From a virus, in the IMG/VR virus record IMGVR_UViG_3300022217_000231, positions 1,779 to 65,778 of that record: DNA of 64,000 nt. The stretch is one strand, 5' to 3'. A program made the translations under genes and the position numbers. The notes below the pieces were generated by a model that had not been told where the DNA came from, did no database searches, and saw only the letters and a list, made by a program, of their open reading frames with translations. Of this stretch, positions 55,168 through 63,956 are shown piece by piece; the stretch's first letter is position 1; every line of letters starts with the position of its first letter.

Positions 55168-55956
55168 TTAACCTATAATCCTTTCTTCATCACTAAAACT
55201 AGACTTATATACTTTCATATCTTTAAGGTCTAAATAAGCGGAAAGAATTTCTGGTTCATAAAGAGAAATATCTAATTTTTTATTTCCTTTTAAATATGGA
55301 TGAAAATTGGCGCCAAAAGCTACTTGTTTAGTATCTAATTTTTCAACTTCAGATATTATATGTAGCGCTACTGAATCTAAATCATACATTAGTCCTTTAG
55401 CTCTACCTTGGGGCAATAAAGGTAAAAGAACAAAATATTCTATATCTTTATGATATAATTGATATAAAGCCTTAAACCTCTCAACATCTTGTTTAAAACT
55501 TAGTAATATATGAAAATTTGTTCTTACTCCATTTTCTATACAATCTTTAGTAGCATTTGTCCATTCATTTATTAAATGATTATGACAAGTAATAGCTACT
55601 CCACCACAATATTTTTTAGTAGCTTCAATAATTTCTTTTGTCATACCTATACCGTTAGTAGTATAATTTGGAGTAATTCCAAGATCATAAAAAGTTTTTA
55701 AAATTTCAATAAAATCTGGATGTTCATTTGGATTACCACCACCAATAGCTACTTGAAATGGTCGCTGATTTTCTGTCATTGGGCCATAGAAATTGTTTAT
55801 CTTTTCTATTACATTAGGATAATGCTCTTCTTGAATAGAGTTTTGGTAGCAGTTATGTACTAAAATATTGTTAGCAAAATAATTATGATAGTTTTTAATA
55901 CCTAAATTATATACAAATCCTTTATGTTTTCTTTTTGATATTTTTTTTATTTTCAT
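55168..55956 (-). CDS. Split-intein C-fragment (35 aa) fused to radical SAM C-extein
   Basis: True start ATG 55956 with GAGGGAG RBS; MKIKKISKRKHKGFVYNLGIKNYHNYFANNILVHN|CYQNS...QVAIGGGNPNEHPDF...NYTTNG. Confidence 0.9.
   Translation of the reverse strand: MKIKKISKRKHKGFVYNLGIKNYHNYFANNILVHNCYQNSIQEEHYPNVIEKINNFYGPMTENQRPFQVAIGGGNPNEHPDFIEILKTFYDLGITPNYTTNGIGMTKEIIEATKKYCGGVAITCHNHLINEWTNATKDCIENGVRTNFHILLSFKQDVERFKALYQLYHKDIEYFVLLPLLPQGRAKGLMYDLDSVALHIISEVEKLDTKQVAFGANFHPYLKGNKKLDISLYEPEILSAYLDLKDMKVYKSSFSDEERIIG
55852..55956 (-). mobile_element. Intein C-terminal splicing fragment (IntC)
   Basis: Block F VYNL.I...HNYFAN and block G ILVHN followed by +1 Cys. Confidence 0.9.
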
Positions 55957-56884
55957 AACATACTCCCTCTTTATAGTGACGGTGTTTATCAATTTTACCA
56001 TGACATGATGCACAGTAAGTGATTCCTATTTGTAAATTATCAAAATGATAATTTCTTATTCTGTGACATATTAATTCAAATTCTTTACTTTCAATATCTA
56101 TATCCTTTATAGATTTCCATATATTTAATTTTTGTAAGAAATTTTTAATAATATCTCTTAAAGGTTCTATATGATGTACTTCTAGCCTACCTCCTCTAAT
56201 ACTACATAATTGACAAGTATAATCATCCCTTTTTAAAATTTCTATATTCCAGCCAGCTAATCTATATCTTACAATGCCTCCTGCTCTCCCTCCACCTTTC
56301 CATCTAGGATTATCTTTACCAAATCTTTTCTTTATAGTACCAGTAACATAACCTCTTTTAATAGTTTCACTCATTTTTTTAACAGTTTCGGGATTTTTCA
56401 TAGGATTTTTATCCCCGGTCATTCGAATAGATTGTAAATGAGAAAGTTCCTCTTTAGTCATAGGAACTTTTGTTAAATTAGGTCCTCCTTTCCAATTTGG
56501 GTTTTTATCTCCTATTTTACTCTTAGATCGCAAATCACTACTTTTTGATTTACAATCTTCACATATATTTCCTTCTAATGTTCCAGTAGGAGATATATGG
56601 GTGATATTTTTTTCTACTTTTCCAGTGGGTTTCTTGCAATTCCGACAAAGAACTGTAATTTCTATTTTTTCTAGTTTTACATTTTTTCTCTTACATAAGT
56701 TACAATGAGTCCTATTTTGAGTTCCTATAAATGTTTCTTTACAATTTATACAGATTTTTTCATTTATTTTCTTTTTATAACGCTGTTTACCTAATGTTTT
56801 ATGGCATTCTTTATTAGAACAACATCGCGATCTTTTATCTCTGTTTTCATATTCTTCTTGACATATAACACATTTCTTTATCAT
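55922..56884 (-). CDS. Free-standing HNH homing endonuclease
   Basis: Zn-ribbon CxxC repeats, G.KNP.WKGG NUMOD-like repeats, RD.YTCQLC...G..LEVHHI...C..CH..ID. Confidence 0.88.
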   Translation of the reverse strand: MIKKCVICQEEYENRDKRSRCCSNKECHKTLGKQRYKKKINEKICINCKETFIGTQNRTHCNLCKRKNVKLEKIEITVLCRNCKKPTGKVEKNITHISPTGTLEGNICEDCKSKSSDLRSKSKIGDKNPNWKGGPNLTKVPMTKEELSHLQSIRMTGDKNPMKNPETVKKMSETIKRGYVTGTIKKRFGKDNPRWKGGGRAGGIVRYRLAGWNIEILKRDDYTCQLCSIRGGRLEVHHIEPLRDIIKNFLQKLNIWKSIKDIDIESKEFELICHRIRNYHFDNLQIGITYCASCHGKIDKHRHYKEGVCYENKKNIKKKT

Positions 56885-56932
56885 AATATATAATCCTTTG
56901 AGTTCCTTTATATAAGTATTTATATATTATGA
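56881..56932 (-). promoter_or_regulatory. Late promoter embedded in a start-codon-sequestering hairpin for the HNH gene
   Basis: 12-bp inverted repeat TCATAATATATA/TATATATTATGA covers the ATG; TATAAATA at 56917-56924 overlaps the 5' arm. Confidence 0.7.
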
Positions 56933-56992
56933 TTTTTACTTTGTATATGTTAAATTTTAATTTACTCCTTTATATAAAAAAATTTTATTATT

Positions 56993-57283
56993 TTATATAT
57001 CTAAGAAATAAATATCATCTATTTCTTTTATTTTGTCTGCTCTAATCCATCCTCTATTAAATGTAAATATCTTATGATTAGGAGTTATTTCTAAAATTTC
57101 GCCATTTTCTAATTCTATAATTATCAATTCTCCTGAATACTCTCTTTTATGTATTTGTTCTACCTCATTAGTCATAACTTCCAAATTTTTCGCATTTACA
57201 TTTAAAACTGTATCACCTACTACTATATCCTTTATTTTCTTTTTACCATCTATAGTAGAAATTAGACTATTTTCATTTAAACA
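56993..57283 (-). mobile_element. Intein N-terminal splicing fragment (IntN, 96 aa)
   Basis: Block A CLNENSLIST.DG.K.IKDI.VGD.V; block B EITPNHKIF; ends at a stop with no block F/G. Confidence 0.9.
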
Positions 57284-57454
57284 ATAATTACAAGCCCCGG
57301 AACAATAATTAGTAATTTTGACGTCATAAAATTCTGGATATTTTAATTCAACAATTGGTTTAGAACTATCATAGTACATTCTGATTGTCTTAAAATTATG
57401 ATAAACACTTCTATAATTTTCTTCTGGAAAACTTCTAGTTTTAATCATTTTCAA
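56993..57454 (-). CDS. Radical SAM N-extein fused to split-intein N-fragment
   Basis: YPEFYDVKITNYCSGACNY|CLNEN...; first two Cys of CxxxCxxC precede the intein. Confidence 0.9.
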   Translation of the reverse strand: MKMIKTRSFPEENYRSVYHNFKTIRMYYDSSKPIVELKYPEFYDVKITNYCSGACNYCLNENSLISTIDGKKKIKDIVVGDTVLNVNAKNLEVMTNEVEQIHKREYSGELIIIELENGEILEITPNHKIFTFNRGWIRADKIKEIDDIYFLDI

Positions 57455-57472
57455 TCCTTTATGTTTTAAATT

Positions 57473-57931
57473 TTAACAACTAATTTCTGTATTCACAAAA
57501 ACATCATTTAATCTACTTATTATATTCTTTCCTTCAAGTCCATCAGACTTAATTTTGATAGATATATCCTTTTGAAATCCTAACCCATCATTAACACTTT
57601 CATTTATATAATTAAATTCTTCTTCAGTAAGATCTTTAATAGGTATTTCATAATTTCCATGACATCTACCACAATTTCCTAGTTCATCTTCTTCTGTTTT
57701 AGTGATATCATATTCACAACAAGGACACCAAGCAGTTTCTTCTTCATTATATATAAATTCTATATCAAATATTTCATCTACCGTTTTATTAGAACCGGCT
57801 GCTTTTAACACACTAGTCAGTATTTCAGTCATAATATCTTTAGCATTATTACTTACACTTGCAAATATCTCTGTACTTGAATTAGTAATAACATCTATAT
57901 ATGAATGGAACGGAATTCTTATTTCTTTCAT
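57473..57931 (-). CDS. IDVITNSSTE-motif protein (paralogue 3, CxxC pairs)
   Basis: MKEIRIPFHSYIDVITNSSTEIF; CPCC and CGRC. Confidence 0.7.
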   Translation of the reverse strand: MKEIRIPFHSYIDVITNSSTEIFASVSNNAKDIMTEILTSVLKAAGSNKTVDEIFDIEFIYNEEETAWCPCCEYDITKTEEDELGNCGRCHGNYEIPIKDLTEEEFNYINESVNDGLGFQKDISIKIKSDGLEGKNIISRLNDVFVNTEISC

Positions 57932-57941
57932 TTTTCTCCTT

Positions 57942-58337
57942 TTAACCTAAATGATATCTTCGACAATTTGTAAAAAGATCTGCTATAGCCTCTTGTAATT
58001 CATAAGGTATAGAATTATCATCTGTACCTTCAATTAGTATATAATTTTTCTTTTTATTAGGAATGTTTAATCCCCACCCCTTATATTCTTTTAAAATGTC
58101 TTTTCCTAACATTGTTCTTATAGTTAAAATATTTTGTATTTTAACATGATCATCTAGGCCATGATAATGGTTATTTTCAGATCTATTGTATATACTCTTT
58201 AAATCTTTTAAGGTTTCTTTCAAAATATCAAATACCATTTTCTCTGATTTATCAGTATCACTTACAAATAATTCAGTAGAACTATTGGTAATTACATCAA
58301 TAAAACTATGCGTTTCTAATAAAAATAAATTTTTCAT
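57942..58337 (-). CDS. IDVITNSSTE-motif protein (paralogue 2)
   Basis: HSFIDVITNSSTELF; DDNSIPY. Confidence 0.7.
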   Translation of the reverse strand: MKNLFLLETHSFIDVITNSSTELFVSDTDKSEKMVFDILKETLKDLKSIYNRSENNHYHGLDDHVKIQNILTIRTMLGKDILKEYKGWGLNIPNKKKNYILIEGTDDNSIPYELQEAIADLFTNCRRYHLG

Positions 58338-58361
58338 TTTAACAATCTCCTATTTATTTTG

Positions 58362-58826
58362 TTAATAATTGTTTATGCCTTCCATTTCAAAAAGATTAAA
58401 AATACGACTAATTATGTTACTATATTCTTTCTCTTCTTTTTCAGTTAGATTCTTTGGTTTAATAATAAGTTCTCTTTCAAGCCCATATTCACAGTTATAA
58501 TAACTGTAGTATCTATCTGCCTCTTCTTCTGTAGGATTAATAGTACCATAACTTGCTTCAGTTCCACATCTAGGACATGGTTTACCTTCTTCTCTTACTA
58601 GATCTTCAGATTCCCCTCCACATACATAACAATCTTTCTCTTCATATTGAAGAGTAATATCAAAAATCTCTTCAACTTTTTTATCACCACCACCTAAAGT
58701 AATAATTTCCTGTAAAATATCTCTTATACCTTCAACTGAATTACTTGCAGCACTAACAAATATTTCAGTTGAACTATTTGTTATTACATCTATCGTACTA
58801 TGTATTGGAATTCTTATTTCTTTCAT
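58362..58826 (-). CDS. IDVITNSSTE-motif protein (paralogue 1, CxxC pairs); real start ATG 58826
   Basis: MKEIRIPIHSTIDVITNSSTEIF; CYVC and CPRC; AAGAGGG RBS; the track's upstream extension spans the promoter. Confidence 0.7.
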   Translation of the reverse strand: MKEIRIPIHSTIDVITNSSTEIFVSAASNSVEGIRDILQEIITLGGGDKKVEEIFDITLQYEEKDCYVCGGESEDLVREEGKPCPRCGTEASYGTINPTEEEADRYYSYYNCEYGLERELIIKPKNLTEKEEKEYSNIISRIFNLFEMEGINNY

Positions 58827-58854
58827 TATTAAGCCCTCTTTAATTTTTAATTTT

Positions 58855-58883
58855 ATTATATAATAATATATGAATAATGTCAA
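58855..58883 (-). promoter_or_regulatory. Perfect sigma70 promoter for the TNSSTE / radical SAM operon
   Basis: TTGACA-17-TATAAT. Confidence 0.8.
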
Positions 58884-59152
58884 GATTTAATTTCTTCGTC
58901 GTCAGACATTGGTGATATTTCATTTTTATGTTTAGCTTCTAAAATATCAACTTCATTTTTTAACATTTTCTCTAAACCATCTTCATCAATTAATCCCTTT
59001 TCTATAACTAATTTTTTTAAAACATTAAGAGATATAATCAATTGATTAGTATTATTTACACTATGAGTATGAACTTGATTTAAGGCTTGCATTAAATAAT
59101 TATATTTATCATTTAAATCTTTTAATTTAAATCTAGTTTGTGTTTCTTTCAT
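58880..59152 (-). CDS. Coiled-coil hypothetical protein
   Basis: AGGAG RBS. Confidence 0.5.
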   Translation of the reverse strand: MKETQTRFKLKDLNDKYNYLMQALNQVHTHSVNNTNQLIISLNVLKKLVIEKGLIDEDGLEKMLKNEVDILEAKHKNEISPMSDDEEIKS

Positions 59153-59187
59153 GAATATTCTCCTATAAATTTTTTATTTTAAAGTAT

Positions 59188-59551
59188 TTAAGCCCAGTTA
59201 TATTCAGCCCATTTTTTCCAAGAGAAACCACAGTAACAATCTGGCCAATCTCTATTGGCTTCGTCTGGACTCAAATAATCGGCTTGATAATCAGCAGGCT
59301 CAAAACATATTGGACATATAGGTGTTTGAATTATTACTTTTGTACCAGGAGGAACCATTTTTTGCAGGTATTTCAAGATTTAATATTTCACCATCTTCTA
59401 TATCACCTTCTTTAGGTATACTTGTCATCCATCTTGGTCGTGTTAAATCACATGTATCCCCATCATAAAAATCTGGTTCCATACGAAATGTTTCTATATT
59501 TTCAAATTGTACTTTTAGTGTAGAATAATCTATTTCTTTCTTTTGACACAT
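59188..59551 (-). pseudogene. One Zn-finger gene split by an extra A in an A6 run (59358-59363)
   Basis: Removing one A joins ...ILNLEIPAK to MVPPGTKVIIQTPICPIC...CYCGFSW. Confidence 0.55.
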
Positions 59552-59566
59552 AATTACTCCTCCTAT

Positions 59567-60658
59567 TTAAAATCCGAACAATTCTTTATATTTTGAAATT
59601 CCTTTTGTTTCTAAATAATATTTATCTAACATTTTATTTTGCTTATTTATTATTTCTTCTTTCTTTTGTTTATTTTGAAAAATGTCAATAATTTGGTCTC
59701 TATCTTCTTTCCAATCGTCTTGTAAAAATACTTTAGAATCATCTTTATATGTTACTATATTAGAACAAATACTTAATATATCAGCACTAGCATAATCTAA
59801 ACATTTTATATTTGATTTACATTTATTAAAAGGATTATTTAATAATGGAGCTAAGCCAAAATCGGCATTTAATTCCTTTAAAAAAGATGGAAATGATTGT
59901 ATAGATCTCATCCAATTTATTATTTTTACTTTAGGAGCTATATCTTTGAACCAATATGGAATATGATCTTTAGATATTCCCATAATTAACCAATCAAATT
60001 CCTTAGTAGTATTTTTTATTAAATCTAATATTAAACTAAAATCTCCTTGATCATGTAGACTAAAATGTGTAGCAGATCCTGCCCATAATACTGTAGGTTT
60101 ATTATTTTCCTTTTTTATAATTTCTTTAGTAGGTCTGTATATATATTTAGGAACATAATTTGGTATTACTTTTACTTTACATGTTCCTTTAAAAGTCTCA
60201 ATTTCTTTCTTTAATTCATATGTAGTTACTGTAAAAATATCAACTAAATTTACTACCTTAGATACATTTTCTTTAATAAATGGTTGATTATAGAATTTAG
60301 AAGCTGCATTATAATTAGGTACATTAGTATAAAGATCATCTACATCATATATAATTTTATATGGTAAATTATTTTTATCTCTAATTTGTCTTATTAATTC
60401 TATAAATTTTAATTGATCATTAGTTATCTGCCTTTGAAATCTTATAACTTTAGCATTAGCTAATAAATTTTGATCTATAAAAAATCTAGAAGATACAATA
60501 CCTTCATATTTTTTTGATTGTCCATATGTACTATTTAGAATATCATTTGGAAAAATTGTTCTTATAGCACCACATCCTGAATGATCTGCTACATAATGTA
60601 TAGTTAAACATGGTGTTATTGCTTTTTGTTTATTTGTTGACATAAACCCCGCCTCCAT
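59567..60658 (-). CDS. GT-B glycosyltransferase-like protein
   Basis: D..GCG..R...P; FQRQ; YD.DD; VTT..LK; VIPNY.P; W.GS.TH..D; APL..N.FN.CKSNIK.L.Y. Confidence 0.8.
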   Translation of the reverse strand: MEAGFMSTNKQKAITPCLTIHYVADHSGCGAIRTIFPNDILNSTYGQSKKYEGIVSSRFFIDQNLLANAKVIRFQRQITNDQLKFIELIRQIRDKNNLPYKIIYDVDDLYTNVPNYNAASKFYNQPFIKENVSKVVNLVDIFTVTTYELKKEIETFKGTCKVKVIPNYVPKYIYRPTKEIIKKENNKPTVLWAGSATHFSLHDQGDFSLILDLIKNTTKEFDWLIMGISKDHIPYWFKDIAPKVKIINWMRSIQSFPSFLKELNADFGLAPLLNNPFNKCKSNIKCLDYASADILSICSNIVTYKDDSKVFLQDDWKEDRDQIIDIFQNKQKKEEIINKQNKMLDKYYLETKGISKYKELFGF

Positions 60659-60948
60659 TAATAAATTTTTAATTATTTATTAAGGTTATTGTAAGGAAGG
60701 GTTTTATGTCTTTAAATTATAGGATTAATATTCATTTTAAATATCATATATATCCTTTCTTAATTTATATTTACCATTTACCAAATAAATCTCCCATTTC
60801 TTTTGACCTCATAACTTGTTCTCTATCTTCTTTACACTGATTATTATATCTTTTTTTCTCTGATACCCACCAATACATGGGCAATATAAAAGCCAATAAA
60901 AATACAATTATTGCTAAAATTATCCAAATTTTCATTTACCTTTTACCT

Positions 60949-61545
60949 TTAAGTTATATATTCAGAATTTATAATATTGATATCTTTAGGTGTAATATCT
61001 CCATCTAATCCAAATACTATATCAGCTTCATCTTTATTTTCAACTATATCACCTCTAGAAACAGCATGAGTCATAAATAAATCATAAAGTATAGGTTTAT
61101 TATTTAAAGATGTAACAGCTTTAAGAATTTGCTTAATAGAAGCTCTATTAGATTCTACATTATTACAACTTCTACCCCAACCTCTATAATGCCAACTTTT
61201 AGGAACTCCCTTTGTAGCCAAATCTACCCAAATGGCTTCTCTAGTTTTTAAATCAAAAATTACAGGTATAGCATTTCTAGAAGCTGTTTGTAAATCTAAT
61301 TTAGAAATTACTGTTTTTGGGTCGTAAATTTCATTGCTTTGTGGTTTATTTCTATGTCCAGATGAAGTTGAATTAGTTCTAATTTCAACTTGGTCTACTT
61401 TGTGAATACCTAATACAAAATCTTTAGGTGGGATAAAAACTCCCACTTCATCTCTATCTGAATTAGGCCCAGCTAATCCATACATATGAGAGCCAGTAAT
61501 AGTTTTAAATATCATATTATTTTTAGCAATTTCTTCTAAATCCAT
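60949..61545 (-). CDS. Chimeric ORF: truncated Pol-beta-type nucleotidyltransferase N-terminus joined to the C-terminal part of a TerD-associated-type protein
   Basis: GSHMYGL....SD.D..GVF, then PQSNEIYDPKTV..K.DL......IPVIFDL...EAIW.DL...NNVE.N...KP.LYDLF..HA..RG. Confidence 0.55.
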   Translation of the reverse strand: MDLEEIAKNNMIFKTITGSHMYGLAGPNSDRDEVGVFIPPKDFVLGIHKVDQVEIRTNSTSSGHRNKPQSNEIYDPKTVISKLDLQTASRNAIPVIFDLKTREAIWVDLATKGVPKSWHYRGWGRSCNNVESNRASIKQILKAVTSLNNKPILYDLFMTHAVSRGDIVENKDEADIVFGLDGDITPKDINIINSEYIT

Positions 61546-61554
61546 TTCACTCTC

Positions 61555-61947
61555 CTAAATAATTTCTAGATGTTCTAATGCTAATTTTAAAAATTCTATA
61601 GATGGTTTCTTTTTAAAATTTAAAAGTTGATTTATTCCCATCCAACCAATATATCCACCATTACAATAGAAAGCCTTTGTTACATCTAAAATACTTAATT
61701 TATATGCGGAATCATGATCATATAAATTATTCCAATGTTCTTTAATTTCTATCCAAAAATTATTCTTTTGATATCTATTAAAAGAAGCTCCCTTATTATT
61801 TTTTATTTTTTCTTCAGTCCAGCTATGTATAGGAGTATGCCCTAGTCCCATTTCTTTAATTTTTTCTTTATCAAAAACATCTCCCTGTAAATGGATAAAC
61901 CCATTATCTAATAAAAAGTTTGGTATTTCTGTATCATATGTTAACAC
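61555..61947 (-). CDS. Hypothetical protein
   Basis: GGAGATTGAA RBS. Confidence 0.5.
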   Translation of the reverse strand: MLTYDTEIPNFLLDNGFIHLQGDVFDKEKIKEMGLGHTPIHSWTEEKIKNNKGASFNRYQKNNFWIEIKEHWNNLYDHDSAYKLSILDVTKAFYCNGGYIGWMGINQLLNFKKKPSIEFLKLALEHLEII

Positions 61948-62501
61948 TTCAATCTCCTATTGTCAATCATATTCCAATTATCTGGTTTACTTTCCATTAT
62001 TTTTATAATTTCATCTATATGATAAGGATAATAACTATTTGTATTTACTCCAACATCCAATATTTTACCAGTCATATCATAACTATCTTTTAAACTTCCA
62101 TGTTCATGCCCATGACAATGAAAACTACCATAATGAGATTTTTCCCAAGCATACATTGGATAATGAGAAAGTACAATAGTTTGGTTTCTAATTTTAATAT
62201 TTTTAATTTCACTTATTGAACAAAATAAACTCTTTAAGAAACTAAAGCTTTGTCTATCATGATTTCCTCTAATTAAATGCCATTGACCGTTTAGTTTTTT
62301 TCTAATATTTTCCCATTCTTTAGTTCCACCAAAACAAAAATCCCCAGTAGAATAAACTATATCCTTAGAATTAACAATTTCATTATGTCTTTCTATCATG
62401 ATGTCATTCATTTCTTCAACAGATGAAAACGGTCTATTATCATACTTCATAATATTTTTGTGACTAAAATGGTGATCACCACAAATAAATATTTCACTCA
62501 T
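61941..62501 (-). CDS. Calcineurin-like metallophosphoesterase
   Basis: GDHHF.H.NI...D.RPF; .GDF; LIRGNHD; LSHYP; HGH.HG; DVGV. Confidence 0.9.
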   Translation of the reverse strand: MSEIFICGDHHFSHKNIMKYDNRPFSSVEEMNDIMIERHNEIVNSKDIVYSTGDFCFGGTKEWENIRKKLNGQWHLIRGNHDRQSFSFLKSLFCSISEIKNIKIRNQTIVLSHYPMYAWEKSHYGSFHCHGHEHGSLKDSYDMTGKILDVGVNTNSYYPYHIDEIIKIMESKPDNWNMIDNRRLKC

Positions 62502-62710
62502 TTACTACCCTCTTCTATCCAATGTTTATCACATAATTCACTATGAAATTCTGTCCAATAAGAATCTTGTGAAGGATCCCAATTACCTGTATTGCCTTTA
62601 TTGTCTTTTATTACACAATCTTCCAGATGTGAACAGGCTGCTTGTATACGATCTATTGTCTTTTGTCTTTCTTCTATTTCTTGTCTAAGTTCTAAAATTT
62701 TATTTATCAT
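62498..62710 (-). CDS. Hypothetical protein
   Basis: C.H.......GNTGNWDP..D.YW. Confidence 0.5.
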   Translation of the reverse strand: MINKILELRQEIEERQKTIDRIQAACSHLEDCVIKDNKGNTGNWDPSQDSYWTEFHSELCDKHWIEEGSK

Positions 62711-63126
62711 TTATTGTCTTTCTCACAATTACAAAATGTACACATAGTTTGCATATTATCTAATTTTTCACTTCCACCTTTAGATTTAGGAATAATATGG
62801 TCTTTGGTCATAAGAACTTCTTCTCCTTTATCATCTATAGCATATAAATTTAAATGATAAGGAGCCTTATCATTAGTTACTCTTTTCTTAGAAATTATTT
62901 TTTTATTCTTTTTTACTTTATTTACTTTATAGTGTCTTTCTTTTGCAAAATATTTACCTTCTATCCCACAAACAACACATTTAATACCTTTATTAAGAAA
63001 AGTCCTATATCGCATAGAAGATAATTTGATAGAATCTCCATCTAATATAAATTCTTCTTTATTATCTAACATTAAATTAAAAATTGTATCTGGAATATAA
63101 GTTTCTTTTCTTTCTAATTTTTGCAT
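62707..63126 (-). CDS. HNH endonuclease-domain protein
   Basis: CVVCG; MTKDHIIPKSKGG.....N.QTMC..CN..K. Confidence 0.85.
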   Translation of the reverse strand: MQKLERKETYIPDTIFNLMLDNKEEFILDGDSIKLSSMRYRTFLNKGIKCVVCGIEGKYFAKERHYKVNKVKKNKKIISKKRVTNDKAPYHLNLYAIDDKGEEVLMTKDHIIPKSKGGSEKLDNMQTMCTFCNCEKDNK

Positions 63127-63158
63127 TTATCAATCTCCGTTTATTATTTTTAAATAAT

Positions 63159-63187
63159 ATTATATTTAATATAAATTAAAAAGTCAA
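63159..63187 (-). promoter_or_regulatory. sigma70 early promoter
   Basis: TTGACT-17-TATAAT, then ACGGAGATTGATAAATG. Confidence 0.75.
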
Positions 63188-63489
63188 GAAATAATTTTTA
63201 ATTTTAATTTTTTACTTTCTAAATACTTTAATGGGTCACGAACATTATCTGTCTCAAGAATTATTCGAACTTCATCTGTTGCTTGTATAGTAAACATATC
63301 ATCATATGTGATAAATATATCTTTATTATATCTTTTAGCTATATCAAAAAATAATTTACAATCATTAAAACCTATATCACCATCGCCATCACAATAACTT
63401 TTAATTCCATTGTTTTCCATTTCCAATATTAATTTTCTAGCCTTTAAAATCTTATTTAATTTATTAATAGCCATAATATATAATCTCAC
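63184..63489 (-). CDS. Hypothetical protein
   Basis: 101-aa ORF. Confidence 0.45.
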   Translation of the reverse strand: MRLYIMAINKLNKILKARKLILEMENNGIKSYCDGDGDIGFNDCKLFFDIAKRYNKDIFITYDDMFTIQATDEVRIILETDNVRDPLKYLESKKLKLKIIS

Positions 63490-63956
63490 TTTCCTCTATT
63501 TATTAAAATATTTTTAGCAATATCGCTAGCTTCTTTTCCTTCATATTGGCAAGGATAAGAATCTTTAAGAATTTTCATAACTTTTCCCATATCTTTCACT
63601 GAACAAAAAGTTTTATCTTTAATAATATTGTGAATAACTTCTTTAAGTGAATCTCCTGTTAATTGAATAGGCATATAATATTCTAATAATTTTTTCTCTA
63701 CTATAAACTGTAATCGAGATTTAGTTAAAAAATATTTAGAATCTATATTATCTATAATATTTAAAGTATCATTGATACCCTTTAAAAAAGATTTAATTAC
63801 ATTAAGAACTTCAATATCTGTAGATTCCCTATTACTATCATTTTTACCAATCATAGAAGCTTCACTATATAAAGTAGCTAAAAAAGTAGCCTTAGTAACC
63901 TGATTTTCTTTTCTAGCTTTTATCATATCATTTCTAATTTCTTCTAAAAGAGTCAT
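63486..63956 (-). CDS. GatB/YqeY domain protein
   Basis: L.E.I..D...A.K......A..L..L.S; E.V..VI.S..K; E...LE.Y.P.QL....L; KDMGKVM..LK....QY.G..AS. Confidence 0.85.
   Translation of the reverse strand: MTLLEEIRNDMIKARKENQVTKATFLATLYSEASMIGKNDSNRESTDIEVLNVIKSFLKGINDTLNIIDNIDSKYFLTKSRLQFIVEKKLLEYYMPIQLTGDSLKEVIHNIIKDKTFCSVKDMGKVMKILKDSYPCQYEGKEASDIAKNILINRGK

Noticed and set aside
55922-56992. Group I intron interrupting the radical SAM gene
   Set aside because: The flanks are clear intein blocks A/B and F/G, with a stop after IntN and an RBS/ATG before IntC. The ~110-nt gap is too short and AT-rich for a group I core.
60681-60720. Possible fourth (minus-strand) copy of the GA...CTTA motif
   Set aside because: It contains CCTTAC, but no complementary P1 arm or P2/P3 stems could be formed.
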